From: Candidatus Poribacteria bacterium | GTDB lineage: Bacteria; Poribacteria; WGA-4E; PCPOR2b | Direction: 5' to 3' | Length of the DNA stretch: 64,000 nucleotides | Assembly (NCBI GenBank): GCA_965215015.1 | Contig: OZ244042.1 | Span: 2,176,001-2,240,000 of the forward strand | Shown here: positions 10,595 to 20,952 of the stretch, one piece after another | Layout of the letters: every line of letters starts with the position of its first letter | How positions within the stretch are numbered: the first letter of the stretch is position 1 | Translations under genes and position numbers: made by a program | Notes under the pieces: model-generated | The model's input: only the letters and a program-made list of their open reading frames with translations | Database searches by the model: none | What the model was told of the DNA's origin: nothing

Positions 10595-10675
10595 GTCCCA
10601 CGGGAGAATAATAAACAAATGTGCCCCCTATCCCCAATACCTGCCCTTGTGATGGTGGGTATGCACCCCATTAGA
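10078..10675 (+). repeat. Copy A of a ~600-bp direct repeat (copy B at 20427-21033)
   Basis: Manual alignment from ACAG(A/G)ACC(T/C)CACGAGAATTTCC to GCACCCCATTAGA; includes ~80 bp after the stop codon. Confidence 0.97.
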
Positions 10676-10736
10676 AACGGATAAGATCTCTCTCGTTCTT
10701 ACCGAAAAAACTTTAGGTCTGTTCACGCATTACCTA

Positions 10737-13700
10737 TCACGTTCGGATCTCACTCCCAAACCTTGCCGAAACAACCTTTGACACGCCCGCCTGCTCCATC
10801 GTCACACCGTACATGACATCGGCAGTTTCCATCGTCCGTTTATTGTGGGTAATAATAATAAACTGTGTCTGCTGGGCGTATTTCCGAATGAGGTTGGTGA
10901 AGCGGAGCACGTTCGCTTCGTCAAGCGCAGCATCAACTTCATCTAGAACACAGAAGGGGCTCGGCTTAATCTTAAACACGGCGAAGAGCAGGGCAATGGC
11001 GACAAGGGACCGCTCACCGCCGGAGAGTTGCGTGATACTCTGTGGCCGCTTCCCCGGCGGACAGGCGATGATATCAATTCCCGATTCTAACACGTCAGAT
11101 GCTTCTGTCAAACGTAACTCCGTTTCCCCACCCCCAAAAAGTTCCTCAAAGACCTCTTGAAAGTTGGCGCGTATCTGCTCAAACGCACCGAGGAACGCTT
11201 CACGTGAGGTCTGGTTAATCTTTTGAATGGCTTGGTTGACCGATTCGAGCGACTTCTCGAGGTCTTGGCGCTGGGTGACGAGGAAATCTTCACGCTGCTT
11301 GTGCTCCTTATACTCCTCAATCGCCACAAGATTAACAGAGCCCATCCCTTCAATCTCGGCTTTCAGCGTATCAATCTGTCCCATCAACTCCAGGTCGTCA
11401 ACCGGATTATCCTCGACTTCAATCTGATCAATTGTGATTTGGTACTTATCGAGGATTCGGGCGGAGATTGCCTTCAATTGCATCTGCAACTGGGTCGTCG
11501 TGACCTCTAGGTGATGCCGTAGGCGATTATGCTTATCAAATTCCCTTCTGGCTTTGCGCATCAGCTTCTGCGCTTCTGCAATCTGTTTGATTAAACCTGT
11601 ATGCTCCTCCTCTAGCTGTCTCACATTTTCCGCCGCCTCAAATTTTTCCTGCTCTATCTGGAGAAATTTGCGTTGCGCTGCGTCAATTTGTGAAGAGAGC
11701 TCTTGGCGGGTTTGGTCATCTGAATCGATAACCCCCTGATGCTCGGCGATACTGTCGTGAATCTGTGCCTGATTTTTTTGAAGATTTAGGAGCTCAGAGC
11801 TCAAGCTCTGCAATTTTTCCCGTTTCCCTGCTAAAGCAATTTCAAGTTCTTGGCAGGAACCGATGACTTCATCCCGTTTATTCTTTTCGCTCTGAATCTG
11901 CTCCGACAACCGCTTGATGCGTCGTGCTAATGTGCGGCGCGCCTTGGCTGCGTCCTCCAATTCAGACTGCAGGGCGTCCTGATCGGCTTTTGCTTTTTCC
12001 GTTTCCTGATGCAGACCTACCTCTTCCTTTTCTACATCATTCAATTGTTCTTCAAGTTGGCTAATTTGCCGTTGTCCCTGTTCCAAAACTTTTGACAAAC
12101 TCGCATGCTCAATTCGGTGCGTTTGCTCCTGTGTAATGAGGGTTTGCCGGGTCTGTTGGAGTTCCACCAACTTGCCAGCAAGTTTTTTGCTTCTGCCATC
12201 CTTTGCATTGAGCTGGCTTGTCAGTTGGTTAATGCGTTCCTGTAGATCTTCTAGCTCCCTTGAGCGGCTCAGGAGTCCACTAGTTGAACCAGTGTTATGC
12301 CCACCCGTAACTGCGCCAGAAGTATTGATTAATTCTCCCTCCAGTGTGACGAGGCGCGCACGGTGACGGAAACGCCGTGTCAGGTTTATTGCTGTGTCAA
12401 GGTCTTCGACTACAACTGTATTTCCTAGCAGTTGCTGAACTGCAACCTCATATTTTGAGTCGTAGTCTAGGAGTTCAGCTGCCAGACCGATTACACCAAC
12501 CTCCTCTAGCAGACCATCGCCGTGGAACGAGCGAGTCCGCAGAATATCCAAGGGCAAGAAGGTCACTCGACCGGCTTTCGTCCGTTTGAGAAACTCAATA
12601 CCGGACTGAGCGTCTTCAGCGGTTTCTGTAACGATGTTTTGAATAGCACTCCCCAATGCTACCTCGATGGCTAACTCGTAGTCTGATTCGGTTCGGATGA
12701 GCTCGGCGATGACGCCACAAATCCCGCCAAAGCGTTCTGGCTCTATTTCGCGGACTTTAAGAATCGCGCGTACACCTGTGTAGTAACCTTCATGGACGGC
12801 TTGCAAATCCCGTAATGACTTAAACCGTGAAACGCTGGTACCGAGTGAATCCTGCATCCCACGCAGTTCGGATTCTAGCTTGCGGAGCTCCGCTTGGTGG
12901 CGTTGGATTTTTTCTTCAGCTTTCTGCCGGGCCATCTCAAGGCGAAGCAGGTCGGCGTTAAGCTGCTGTTCACGTTGGTGTGCCTTTGTATAATCCGATT
13001 TTTCTGCTTCTAGTTCAGTGTCTAAAGCGTTTGAGCGTTCCGTAATTCGATCCAGATTAGCAGCTGAATACTCCAGTTTGTTGTTAAGGGACGCAAGCTG
13101 CGTTTCCAGTTGTGAGACTTGATGGGTCGTTTCAAGCAATTTTTCCTGTGTTGTTTCTACGGAACCTTCGGCTTCCGTCACCCGCCTATTGAGTTCGGTC
13201 AAAACTCGCCGCCGCGCGGTCAGTCGGCTTTCCTCTAACTGAAGTGAAACGTCAACCTGTCTGTGTTCTTGCTCGCGGTCCTCCTTTTGCTCTTTAAGTT
13301 CTGATGACTGTCTCTCCAATGATTCGATTGCCTGAAGTGCCCGTTGGCGCTGCTGCTGAATATTTAGCTGACGTTCCTTGTAAAGTGCAATTTGCCGTTC
13401 CGTTTGTTCAATCTCACTCGCAAATTGGCTCACAACCCCTTGCCCATTACGAATTAAGTTATCTAACTCGGAGCGGCGGGCTGTCGCATCCTCAATCTGC
13501 TGCTCTGTGGAATCGATCTGCTCATTGGCTGCTGTCACCGCAAGCATCAATTCATCTAAGCTGAGTTGGGTTTGAGTCAATTCCTTGGCAAACCGCCCAT
13601 GCTCCCGACGGTTGAGGTCCAGTTCAAGGTTTTTCAGTTGACCGTGGAGTTGTTGATAACGTTCGGCTTGTTCGGCTTGCCGCCTGAGCGATTCAGTTTC

Positions 13701-14300
13701 ACGCTGCAATTCGTGGATAACATCATTAATCCGCACAAGGTTCCGCTCAGTTTCTTCTAGCTTTTTAAGGGCCGCTTTTTTGCGGTGCTTATATTTGGTG
13801 ATGCCCGCAACTTCGTCGAACAGGAAGCGGCGCTCTTCGGGACGGGTATTGAGAATGAGATCAATCTTACTCTGCTCCATGACAGAGTACGCATCGACGC
13901 CGATCCCTGTGTCCATAAAGAGCTCTGTAATATCTCGTAGCAAACACGGGGTATCGTTGATGAAATATGTGCTTTCACCGCTACGTGTCAGTTGACGGCA
14001 AACTGCAATCTCCGGGGATTCAAACGCAAGTTGTCCCTCAATGTTGGTGAAATGAAGGGAAGCCTGTGCCCGTTGTGCTGGTTTAAAGTTCGATCCACCG
14101 TTAAAAAGGAGATCTTGCATATTGGCACAACGCAGGGCGCGGGGGCTCTGTTGGCCCAAGACCCAACGAATTGCGTCTGACACATTGCTCTTACCACAGC
14201 CATTTGGTCCCACAATAGTTGTAACTCCAGGCTCTAGTATTAACTCCACATCTTCGGCGAAGCTCTTGAAACCACTGATTTTAATTTTATTGATATGCAA
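10737..14300 (-). CDS. smc: Chromosome segregation protein SMC
   Basis: GFKSF, GPNGCGKSN, hinge GRVTFLPL, LSGGE, LDEVDAALD motifs and coiled coils. Confidence 0.98.
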   Translation of the reverse strand: MHINKIKISGFKSFAEDVELILEPGVTTIVGPNGCGKSNVSDAIRWVLGQQSPRALRCANMQDLLFNGGSNFKPAQRAQASLHFTNIEGQLAFESPEIAVCRQLTRSGESTYFINDTPCLLRDITELFMDTGIGVDAYSVMEQSKIDLILNTRPEERRFLFDEVAGITKYKHRKKAALKKLEETERNLVRINDVIHELQRETESLRRQAEQAERYQQLHGQLKNLELDLNRREHGRFAKELTQTQLSLDELMLAVTAANEQIDSTEQQIEDATARRSELDNLIRNGQGVVSQFASEIEQTERQIALYKERQLNIQQQRQRALQAIESLERQSSELKEQKEDREQEHRQVDVSLQLEESRLTARRRVLTELNRRVTEAEGSVETTQEKLLETTHQVSQLETQLASLNNKLEYSAANLDRITERSNALDTELEAEKSDYTKAHQREQQLNADLLRLEMARQKAEEKIQRHQAELRKLESELRGMQDSLGTSVSRFKSLRDLQAVHEGYYTGVRAILKVREIEPERFGGICGVIAELIRTESDYELAIEVALGSAIQNIVTETAEDAQSGIEFLKRTKAGRVTFLPLDILRTRSFHGDGLLEEVGVIGLAAELLDYDSKYEVAVQQLLGNTVVVEDLDTAINLTRRFRHRARLVTLEGELINTSGAVTGGHNTGSTSGLLSRSRELEDLQERINQLTSQLNAKDGRSKKLAGKLVELQQTRQTLITQEQTHRIEHASLSKVLEQGQRQISQLEEQLNDVEKEEVGLHQETEKAKADQDALQSELEDAAKARRTLARRIKRLSEQIQSEKNKRDEVIGSCQELEIALAGKREKLQSLSSELLNLQKNQAQIHDSIAEHQGVIDSDDQTRQELSSQIDAAQRKFLQIEQEKFEAAENVRQLEEEHTGLIKQIAEAQKLMRKARREFDKHNRLRHHLEVTTTQLQMQLKAISARILDKYQITIDQIEVEDNPVDDLELMGQIDTLKAEIEGMGSVNLVAIEEYKEHKQREDFLVTQRQDLEKSLESVNQAIQKINQTSREAFLGAFEQIRANFQEVFEELFGGGETELRLTEASDVLESGIDIIACPPGKRPQSITQLSGGERSLVAIALLFAVFKIKPSPFCVLDEVDAALDEANVLRFTNLIRKYAQQTQFIIITHNKRTMETADVMYGVTMEQAGVSKVVSARFGSEIRT

Positions 14301-14432
14301 CGGATGTTCCTCCTTCGATGGGCAACTCGCAAGTTACATTTTCATTAACGCAAGTTAAGCAATACGGTTTCGGTCTTACGTTAGAAAAGTCGGTTGCATG
14401 TCAATAGAGTACACCCATGTCAATCATCTCCT

Positions 14433-15569
14433 TTAATCCTTGGAAAAGCTCTGATTCAAGGCATCTTTAATCTCTGTAATGACTTCTGTATCCGCTTCCA
14501 TGTCTAAACGTGCTTGTAACGCTTTTCTTGCAGCCTTACCCCCAATTTGCCCTAATGCCCATGCAGCATGGCCGCGGACCAAGGGCTCGCGATCGTTCAA
14601 CGCTTTTTTGAGGGCAGGCACCGCAGCTCGATTTTTCCAATTGCCAAGCGCAACTGCAACATTTCGGAGAAAACCCCGTCGCTTCGCTCGCTTGACTGGA
14701 CTGTTTCTAAAACGTCTGCTAAACTGTTCCTGCGTCATGTTAATCAATGAAAGCAGCGTAGGCGTGAAATTTCCCTGGCGTGGATAAAAGGCACGCTCTT
14801 TTGTCGGCACAGCTTTGCTGTTCCAAGGGCAAACTTCCTGACAGATGTCGCAACCGAAGATTAGGTTGTCCATCTGCGGACGGAGCCCTCGGGGGATGCT
14901 CCCCTTCAATTCAATGGTAAGGTAGGAAATACATAGCCGGGAATCGAGGATGTTCGGTGCTAGGATTGCGTCTGTAGGACATGCCTCAATACAGCGGGTG
15001 CACGTGCCGCAACTGCCACGAAGCAGCGGTGTGTCTGTGTCCAACTTGATACTGACCAAGATACCCGCGAGAAAAAACCAAGAACCGGCTCGCCAGTTAA
15101 TCACATTTGTATTTTTAGCAATCCATCCGATGCCCGCGCGTTCCGCGTACTCACGTTCAAGGACCGGGGCGGTATCTACATAAACTCTGGTTTTGACCTT
15201 TTCTTCAGCGGTTCTTTGGATAAATATCGCCAACCGATCTAATTTCGATCGGATAAGACTGTGGTAATCCGTTCCCCACGCATACCGAGAAATCTGTCCG
15301 CGCGATGGATCCGCCACAAGTGACTTAGGGGGGGCGAGCGTGTAGTAATTAATCGCCAACGCGATAATTGATTGGGCTTCGGGGAGGATTTGGCGTGGAT
15401 CCCGCTTCAGCGGTAGATGCCTTTCTAGGTAACCCATCTCTCCGGCATAACCGTCTTTCAACCACTGTTCGTAGCGATCAATCGTCTGGCTTGGTTCAAC
15501 TGGGATAATACCAGCCAATTCAAATCCAAGTTTTTGTGCCTGAACCTTTATCTGTTCTGTCAGATTCAT
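14433..15569 (-). CDS. queG: tRNA epoxyqueuosine(34) reductase QueG with C-terminal HEAT repeats
   Basis: SRYAWGTDYH, VDTAPVLER, CGTCTRCIEACPT and GCDICQEVCPWN motifs. Confidence 0.96.
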   Translation of the reverse strand: MNLTEQIKVQAQKLGFELAGIIPVEPSQTIDRYEQWLKDGYAGEMGYLERHLPLKRDPRQILPEAQSIIALAINYYTLAPPKSLVADPSRGQISRYAWGTDYHSLIRSKLDRLAIFIQRTAEEKVKTRVYVDTAPVLEREYAERAGIGWIAKNTNVINWRAGSWFFLAGILVSIKLDTDTPLLRGSCGTCTRCIEACPTDAILAPNILDSRLCISYLTIELKGSIPRGLRPQMDNLIFGCDICQEVCPWNSKAVPTKERAFYPRQGNFTPTLLSLINMTQEQFSRRFRNSPVKRAKRRGFLRNVAVALGNWKNRAAVPALKKALNDREPLVRGHAAWALGQIGGKAARKALQARLDMEADTEVITEIKDALNQSFSKD

Positions 15570-15716
15570 ACTTAGTCATGGGGGTGTCAAGCTGCCATTA
15601 GCAAAATAACACGATTTCTATAAAATATATAAAATGAAAGGGAGTTCATGAAAATCTTGCCGTTATCGTAGCAGCCATTTTTTCCAAAGTCAAAGAAATT
15701 ATTCCAAAAAAAATAC

Positions 15717-15745
15717 TTGACATAAAACAATAATTATTATACAAT
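15717..15745 (+). promoter_or_regulatory. Sigma70-type promoter of rpoBC
   Basis: TTGACA (15717), 17-bp spacer, TACAAT (15740). Confidence 0.7.
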
Positions 15746-15831
15746 ATCATGTTACGCCTGTTTTTCAGGAACAAAATTCAGAAACGCCCCTATCTTCCAA
15801 ATCTCAAGAATCTCTAAGGTCAGGTGAAAGC

Positions 15832-18800
15832 ATGCCCCATCCCGTCAAATATGGCAAGCGTGAAAGATTATCTTTTGCAAAAATTCCGGAGATTATGAAT
15901 CTCCCCGATCTCATCGAGGTTCAAAAATCCTCCTACGACGAATTTCTTCAACAAAATATCCCCCCAGAAAAGCGTAAAGATAAAGGCTTACAAGCCGTTT
16001 TCAACGAAATCTTTCCAATCCCCGATTTCAGCGAAACTTCCGAACTTCAGTTCGTTAGTTATTCACTCGGTGCCCCTAAGTACGACATTAACGAATGCCA
16101 ATCCCGTGGGTTCAATTATGCCCTGCCGGTGAAGGTTCGTGTCCAATTGGTTCTCAGAGAAAAAGATCAGGACACCGGTGAAAATCAGCTGATTGATATC
16201 AAGGAAAATGAAGTCTATATGGGCGAAATCCCCTTGATGACGGAAAACGGTACTTTCATCATCAACGGCTCTGAACGGGTGATTGTCAGCCAGCTACAAC
16301 GATCTCCCGGTGCAACGTTTGGGGAAGATACCCACACCAGTGGACAGACACTCAACACTGCGAAGATTATTCCGTATCGAGGGGCGTGGATTGAATTTGA
16401 GTGCGACATCAAAGATCTGATTTATGTCCGGCTCGATCGACGAAAAAAAATGCTCGTAACTGTTCTGCTCCGGGCACTGGGTTGGGAAACCGATGAAACC
16501 ATCCTCCATCTGTATGCCAAGACAGAGTGTGTTCAGCTCGATGATTCCCTGATTGGTCGGGTGACGGCTGCTCCTGTTGAATATTCTGTCCCTGAAGATA
16601 TCTTGCTTGAAGCAAATACAAACACAGAGCGTGTCAATCTAGCTGACGCTCCAATTGGTCGGTTGATAGCTACTCCTGTCGAATACAAGCACCCTGATAC
16701 TGGAAAAGAGGTCTTGCTTGAAGCAAATACGAAATTGACAGCAGAGCAGATTTCGGATTTGCTTCAAGCAGATATCAGCGAAGTTGTAGTTGAAGCAAAT
16801 ACAAACACAGAGCGTGTCAATCTAGCTGACGCTCCAATTGGTCGGTTGATAGCTACTCCTGTCGAATACAAACATCCTGATACTGGAAAAGAGGTCTTGC
16901 TTGAAGCAAATACGAAATTGACAGCAGAGCAGATTTCGGATTTGCTTCAAGCAGATATCAGCGAAGTTGAAGTTATTCCTGTCGAATACAAATTACTCGA
17001 AGCAAATGTGGAGTTGACAGAAGAGGCAATAGACGATTTGCTTGAGGCAGGTATCAGCGAAGTTGAAGTTTTAGACGCAGATGATGCAGAAGAAATCCGT
17101 TTTCTGCGAAATACGCTCAATCGTGATCTCCAATCGGAGTATAAACTGCCGTTAATTTTTAAAGTGCCATCAGACCTCCAAAGTGATTTGACAGATAATG
17201 CACCGGTGTCAGAGACATGGCGTCAACAGTTTAAAGACAGTGGCACCTCTCTGTCCTCTACCGCGATCATGCAGGTAAAAACAGCAGATCGCCGTTGGCG
17301 TGTATTAAACAAGAATAATAGAGAGAACTTTACCATTGAGAAAATAGGGGATACCCTCAACGTCTATCGGGGAAGTATCCAAGACTTGGCGGTGGTTGAA
17401 ATCTTTCGTAAGCTGCAACCGGGCGACCCGCCTACAATCGAGAGCGCGCACAACCGATTTGAAAAGCTATTTTTCGATTCAGTGCGCTACGATCTCGCAA
17501 AGGTAGGGCGGTATAAGCTTAATGAAAAGCTTGGCAACCTTTCCCTGTATCGGAACGAGGACGAAGTAGTAGATGAAACGATTCGTGTCCTGCGTGCGGC
17601 GGACATCGCCGCGGTTCTCCAATACCTGATACAGGTGCAGAATGGAAACGGAGAGATGGACGATATCGATCACCTCGGTAATCGTCGAGTTCGCGCTGTC
17701 GGAGAACTGTTGCAGAACCAGGTGCGGATGGGGATGCTGCGAGTTACCCGGGCGACGCGAGAGCGGTTGACAGTTCAAGACTTGGAAAGTGTAACCCCTG
17801 CCGACTTGATTAATCCTAAACCCTTGACCGCTGCGATCAAAGATTTCTTCGGATCGAGTCAACTTTCCCAATTCATGCAGCAAGCCAATCCGCTAGACGA
17901 GTTAACCCATAAACGCCGCTTGAGTGCATTGGGCCCCGGCGGACTGCATCGGGAACGTGCAACCTTTGAGGTACGGGATGTCCATCGTACTCACTACGGA
18001 CGAGTCTGCCCGATTGAGACACCTGAAGGCCCTTCGGTGGGGTTAATTGTTTCCTTAAGTACCTACGCGCGGGTCAATGCCTACGGCTTTATGGAAACAC
18101 CTTATCGCAAGGTGTCTGAGGGCAAAGCAATCAATCGGATCGATTATTTGTCCGCCGATAAAGAAGATACGTTCACCATTGCACAGGCACATGCTGTCCT
18201 CGATGAGGACGGAACGATGGAAGGCGACCTGATGGTTACACGGCAAAAGGACGATTTTCCCCGGAAGTTAGCACCAGAAATCGATTACATTGATGTCTCC
18301 CCGAAACAAATCGTTGGTGTTTCTGCCGCGCTCATTCCCTTCCTTGAGCATAACGATGCGAACCGTGCATTGATGGGGAGTAACATGCAGAGACAAGCTG
18401 TACCGCTCATCCGGCCAGAAGCTCCGTTGATTGGGACTGGTATGGAACATAAAGCTGCTCGCGATTCTGGGGCAGTTGTACTGGCAAAGCGGGATGGCAT
18501 TGCAGAAAGCGTCTCTGCATCTGAAATCATTATCCGCACGGATGATGCCTTCCGGATTGCTCATGGAGAGCAGTCGTTCAGCGAAATGGGCTACGATGTT
18601 TATCGCTTGACCACCTTCAAGCGATCCAACAGTGGGACCAGCCTCCACCAACGCCCATGTATAAATGTCGGAGAACAGATAAAAGCCGGTCAAGTGATTG
18701 CCGATGGCACCTCAACAGAGAATGGAGAGCTGGCCCTCGGCAGCAATATCCTAATCGCATTCATGTCTTGGGAAGGATATAATTATGAGGATGCTATCCT

Positions 18801-20952
18801 CCTCAACGAGTCACTCATCGCTGACGATACTTACACCTCTATTCACATCGAAGAGTTTGAGGTAGAAGCGCGTGATACGAAGATGGGATCCGAAGAGATT
18901 ACTCGAGATATTCCAAACGTTTCTGAGGAAGCTTTGGCGCAGTTAGATGAGGAGGGGATTATTCGCATCGGTTCAATTGTCCGTCCGGGAAGCATTCTTG
19001 TGGGCAAGGTGACCCCGAAGGGAGAGAGTGACCTCGGCCCCGAAGAAAAACTGCTGCGTGCAATCTTTGGTGAGAAAGTCGGCGAAGTGCGCGACGCTTC
19101 CAAGTATGTCAAGCCCGGCACCGAGGGGGTTGTTGTTGATGTCAAGGTCTTCTCTCGGAAAGAGCGGGACGGGGACCGTCAAACGGAATTACGGGAGATC
19201 GCGAAAAAGAAAGAGGTGGAGAAGGAATGGGAGGCGAAATGTGGATTAATTAACCAACGCAAGGACGACGAGATCCGCAACATACTGCTCGGTCAAAAAC
19301 TCGCTAGCAGTGTTTCTAACGACACAGAACTCATTGCTAGGCGGGGAAAGATTGTAACAGAAGAGTTGCTGGAAACGGGCGTTCCGTTGGAACAATTTCA
19401 TGTTAGGGATGCTGAGGCAATGGAGCTCATCCAACGCATTCAACAGTTGGCGCAGGGGCGTATTGATGCCCTGACGGAAGAAAAGAAAGCACAAATTGAG
19501 AAAATCGAGAAGGGCGACGAGTTGAAGCCGGGGCTTCTCAAACTGGTGAAAGTTTATGTAGCGATCCGTCGAAAGATCTCTGTCGGCGATAAAATGTCCG
19601 GGAGACACGGCAATAAGGGAGTCGTTTCAAAGATTCTCCCACAAGAGGATATGCCCTATCTGGAAGACGGTACGCCAATCCAAATCATCATGAATCCGTT
19701 GGGGGTTCCGGGGCGCATGAATGCGGGACAGATTCTGGAAACGCATTTGGGGAGGGCGGCAAAGGAACTTGGATTATATATTACCACGCCGGTCTTTGAT
19801 GGGGCGGAGGACCCGGAAATTCGTAAGCTCTTACGAGAGGCAGGGCTGCCCGAACACGGAAAAGCGAAGTTGTATGATGGTCGAACCGGGGAACCCTTTG
19901 CCCAAGAAGTGACTGTCGGATATACTTACATTCTCAAGCTCAATCACTTGGTAGATAATAAAATCCACGCCCGCAGCACAGGACCCTATTCGTTGGTGAC
20001 TCAGCAACCGCTCGGTGGCAAGGCACAGCAAGGTGGCCAACGTCTCGGTGAAATGGAGGTGTGGGCATTGGAAGCATATGGGGCTGCCTACACCCTTCAA
20101 GAATTACTCACAATTAAATCCGATGATGTCATTGGAAGGAGCAAAATCTACGAAGCGATTGTCAAAGGAGAAAATGCCCCCGCGCCCGGCACTCCAGAGT
20201 CATTTAACGTTCTCGTGAAGGAATTACAAAGCCTTTGTCTAGATGTAGACCTAGAACAGACATCTGATGCCCCAGATACTTTTGATGCCCCAGATACTTT
20301 TGATCTTACGCCTGAGAAACAGAACCTGCAGACATCTAATGCCCCAGATACTTTTGACCTTGCCCCTGAGAAACAGAACCTGCAGACATCTGATGCCCCA
20401 GATACTTTTGATCTTGCCCCTGAGAAACAGGACCCCACGAGAATTTCCTTTACTGAGATTGATTTAAAGAAGGCCAACGAATTTGCAGAGAGCGATGCCA
20501 GATCAAACCTTATAGAAAACGAGAACGCGAACCGTGAGTATATTCGTATAGGGAAACTCGGTGAGATTGCCTTTGCTAAATTTCTAGATAAGCATGATAA
20601 GGCATTCTTGAATGACGCCAATCAACTTCTAACATGGGATGATGTTTATACATTGGACAGACTGAATCTCCAGACTTGCGACGGTCAAACCGTTGATGTT
20701 AAGGCATCCACATACCAAAGCATATTGGTTCCATGTAATAATGAATCCAAAGATTATTACGTCGGGGTTAAAATTTCACTGGATAGGAATAGGAAAATAG
20801 GTACAGTGAAGGGTTTTATTGATAGAGATGGACTAAAGCCATTTACTCACCCTGACATTGATAAGCCATGTCTTCAAGGAGAATTTGGATCACTTGAATG
20901 TATCGAAGCCTTGCTTGAAATGATGCCTGAGGCAGAAAACGGCGCGAACTAG
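15832..20952 (+). CDS. rpoB: RNA polymerase beta subunit with internal insertions and a 231-aa C-terminal extension
   Basis: [55 protein letters not shown] and [13 protein letters not shown] motifs. 1706 aa, far longer than a typical RpoB. Confidence 0.98.
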   Translation: MPHPVKYGKRERLSFAKIPEIMNLPDLIEVQKSSYDEFLQQNIPPEKRKDKGLQAVFNEIFPIPDFSETSELQFVSYSLGAPKYDINECQSRGFNYALPVKVRVQLVLREKDQDTGENQLIDIKENEVYMGEIPLMTENGTFIINGSERVIVSQLQRSPGATFGEDTHTSGQTLNTAKIIPYRGAWIEFECDIKDLIYVRLDRRKKMLVTVLLRALGWETDETILHLYAKTECVQLDDSLIGRVTAAPVEYSVPEDILLEANTNTERVNLADAPIGRLIATPVEYKHPDTGKEVLLEANTKLTAEQISDLLQADISEVVVEANTNTERVNLADAPIGRLIATPVEYKHPDTGKEVLLEANTKLTAEQISDLLQADISEVEVIPVEYKLLEANVELTEEAIDDLLEAGISEVEVLDADDAEEIRFLRNTLNRDLQSEYKLPLIFKVPSDLQSDLTDNAPVSETWRQQFKDSGTSLSSTAIMQVKTADRRWRVLNKNNRENFTIEKIGDTLNVYRGSIQDLAVVEIFRKLQPGDPPTIESAHNRFEKLFFDSVRYDLAKVGRYKLNEKLGNLSLYRNEDEVVDETIRVLRAADIAAVLQYLIQVQNGNGEMDDIDHLGNRRVRAVGELLQNQVRMGMLRVTRATRERLTVQDLESVTPADLINPKPLTAAIKDFFGSSQLSQFMQQANPLDELTHKRRLSALGPGGLHRERATFEVRDVHRTHYGRVCPIETPEGPSVGLIVSLSTYARVNAYGFMETPYRKVSEGKAINRIDYLSADKEDTFTIAQAHAVLDEDGTMEGDLMVTRQKDDFPRKLAPEIDYIDVSPKQIVGVSAALIPFLEHNDANRALMGSNMQRQAVPLIRPEAPLIGTGMEHKAARDSGAVVLAKRDGIAESVSASEIIIRTDDAFRIAHGEQSFSEMGYDVYRLTTFKRSNSGTSLHQRPCINVGEQIKAGQVIADGTSTENGELALGSNILIAFMSWEGYNYEDAILLNESLIADDTYTSIHIEEFEVEARDTKMGSEEITRDIPNVSEEALAQLDEEGIIRIGSIVRPGSILVGKVTPKGESDLGPEEKLLRAIFGEKVGEVRDASKYVKPGTEGVVVDVKVFSRKERDGDRQTELREIAKKKEVEKEWEAKCGLINQRKDDEIRNILLGQKLASSVSNDTELIARRGKIVTEELLETGVPLEQFHVRDAEAMELIQRIQQLAQGRIDALTEEKKAQIEKIEKGDELKPGLLKLVKVYVAIRRKISVGDKMSGRHGNKGVVSKILPQEDMPYLEDGTPIQIIMNPLGVPGRMNAGQILETHLGRAAKELGLYITTPVFDGAEDPEIRKLLREAGLPEHGKAKLYDGRTGEPFAQEVTVGYTYILKLNHLVDNKIHARSTGPYSLVTQQPLGGKAQQGGQRLGEMEVWALEAYGAAYTLQELLTIKSDDVIGRSKIYEAIVKGENAPAPGTPESFNVLVKELQSLCLDVDLEQTSDAPDTFDAPDTFDLTPEKQNLQTSNAPDTFDLAPEKQNLQTSDAPDTFDLAPEKQDPTRISFTEIDLKKANEFAESDARSNLIENENANREYIRIGKLGEIAFAKFLDKHDKAFLNDANQLLTWDDVYTLDRLNLQTCDGQTVDVKASTYQSILVPCNNESKDYYVGVKISLDRNRKIGTVKGFIDRDGLKPFTHPDIDKPCLQGEFGSLECIEALLEMMPEAENGAN
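16607..16972 (+). repeat. 183-bp in-frame tandem duplication inside rpoB
   Basis: Copies 16607-16789 and 16790-16972 differ at about 3 positions. The unit encodes [59 protein letters not shown]. Confidence 0.97.
20257..20436 (+). repeat. 54-bp x3 tandem repeat linker (plus an 18-bp sub-duplication) after the canonical RpoB end
   Basis: Unit CAGACATCTGATGCCCCAGATACTTTTGATCTTGCCCCTGAGAAACAGAACCTG encodes [18 protein letters not shown]. Confidence 0.97.

Noticed and set aside
20257-20436. CRISPR array
   Set aside because: Contiguous in-frame tandem units without unique spacers.
15832-20952. Intein as the explanation for RpoB length
   Set aside because: No C/S...HN-C/S/T splice junctions or LAGLIDADG motifs. 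The extra length is explained by duplications, an insert and the C-terminal fusion.
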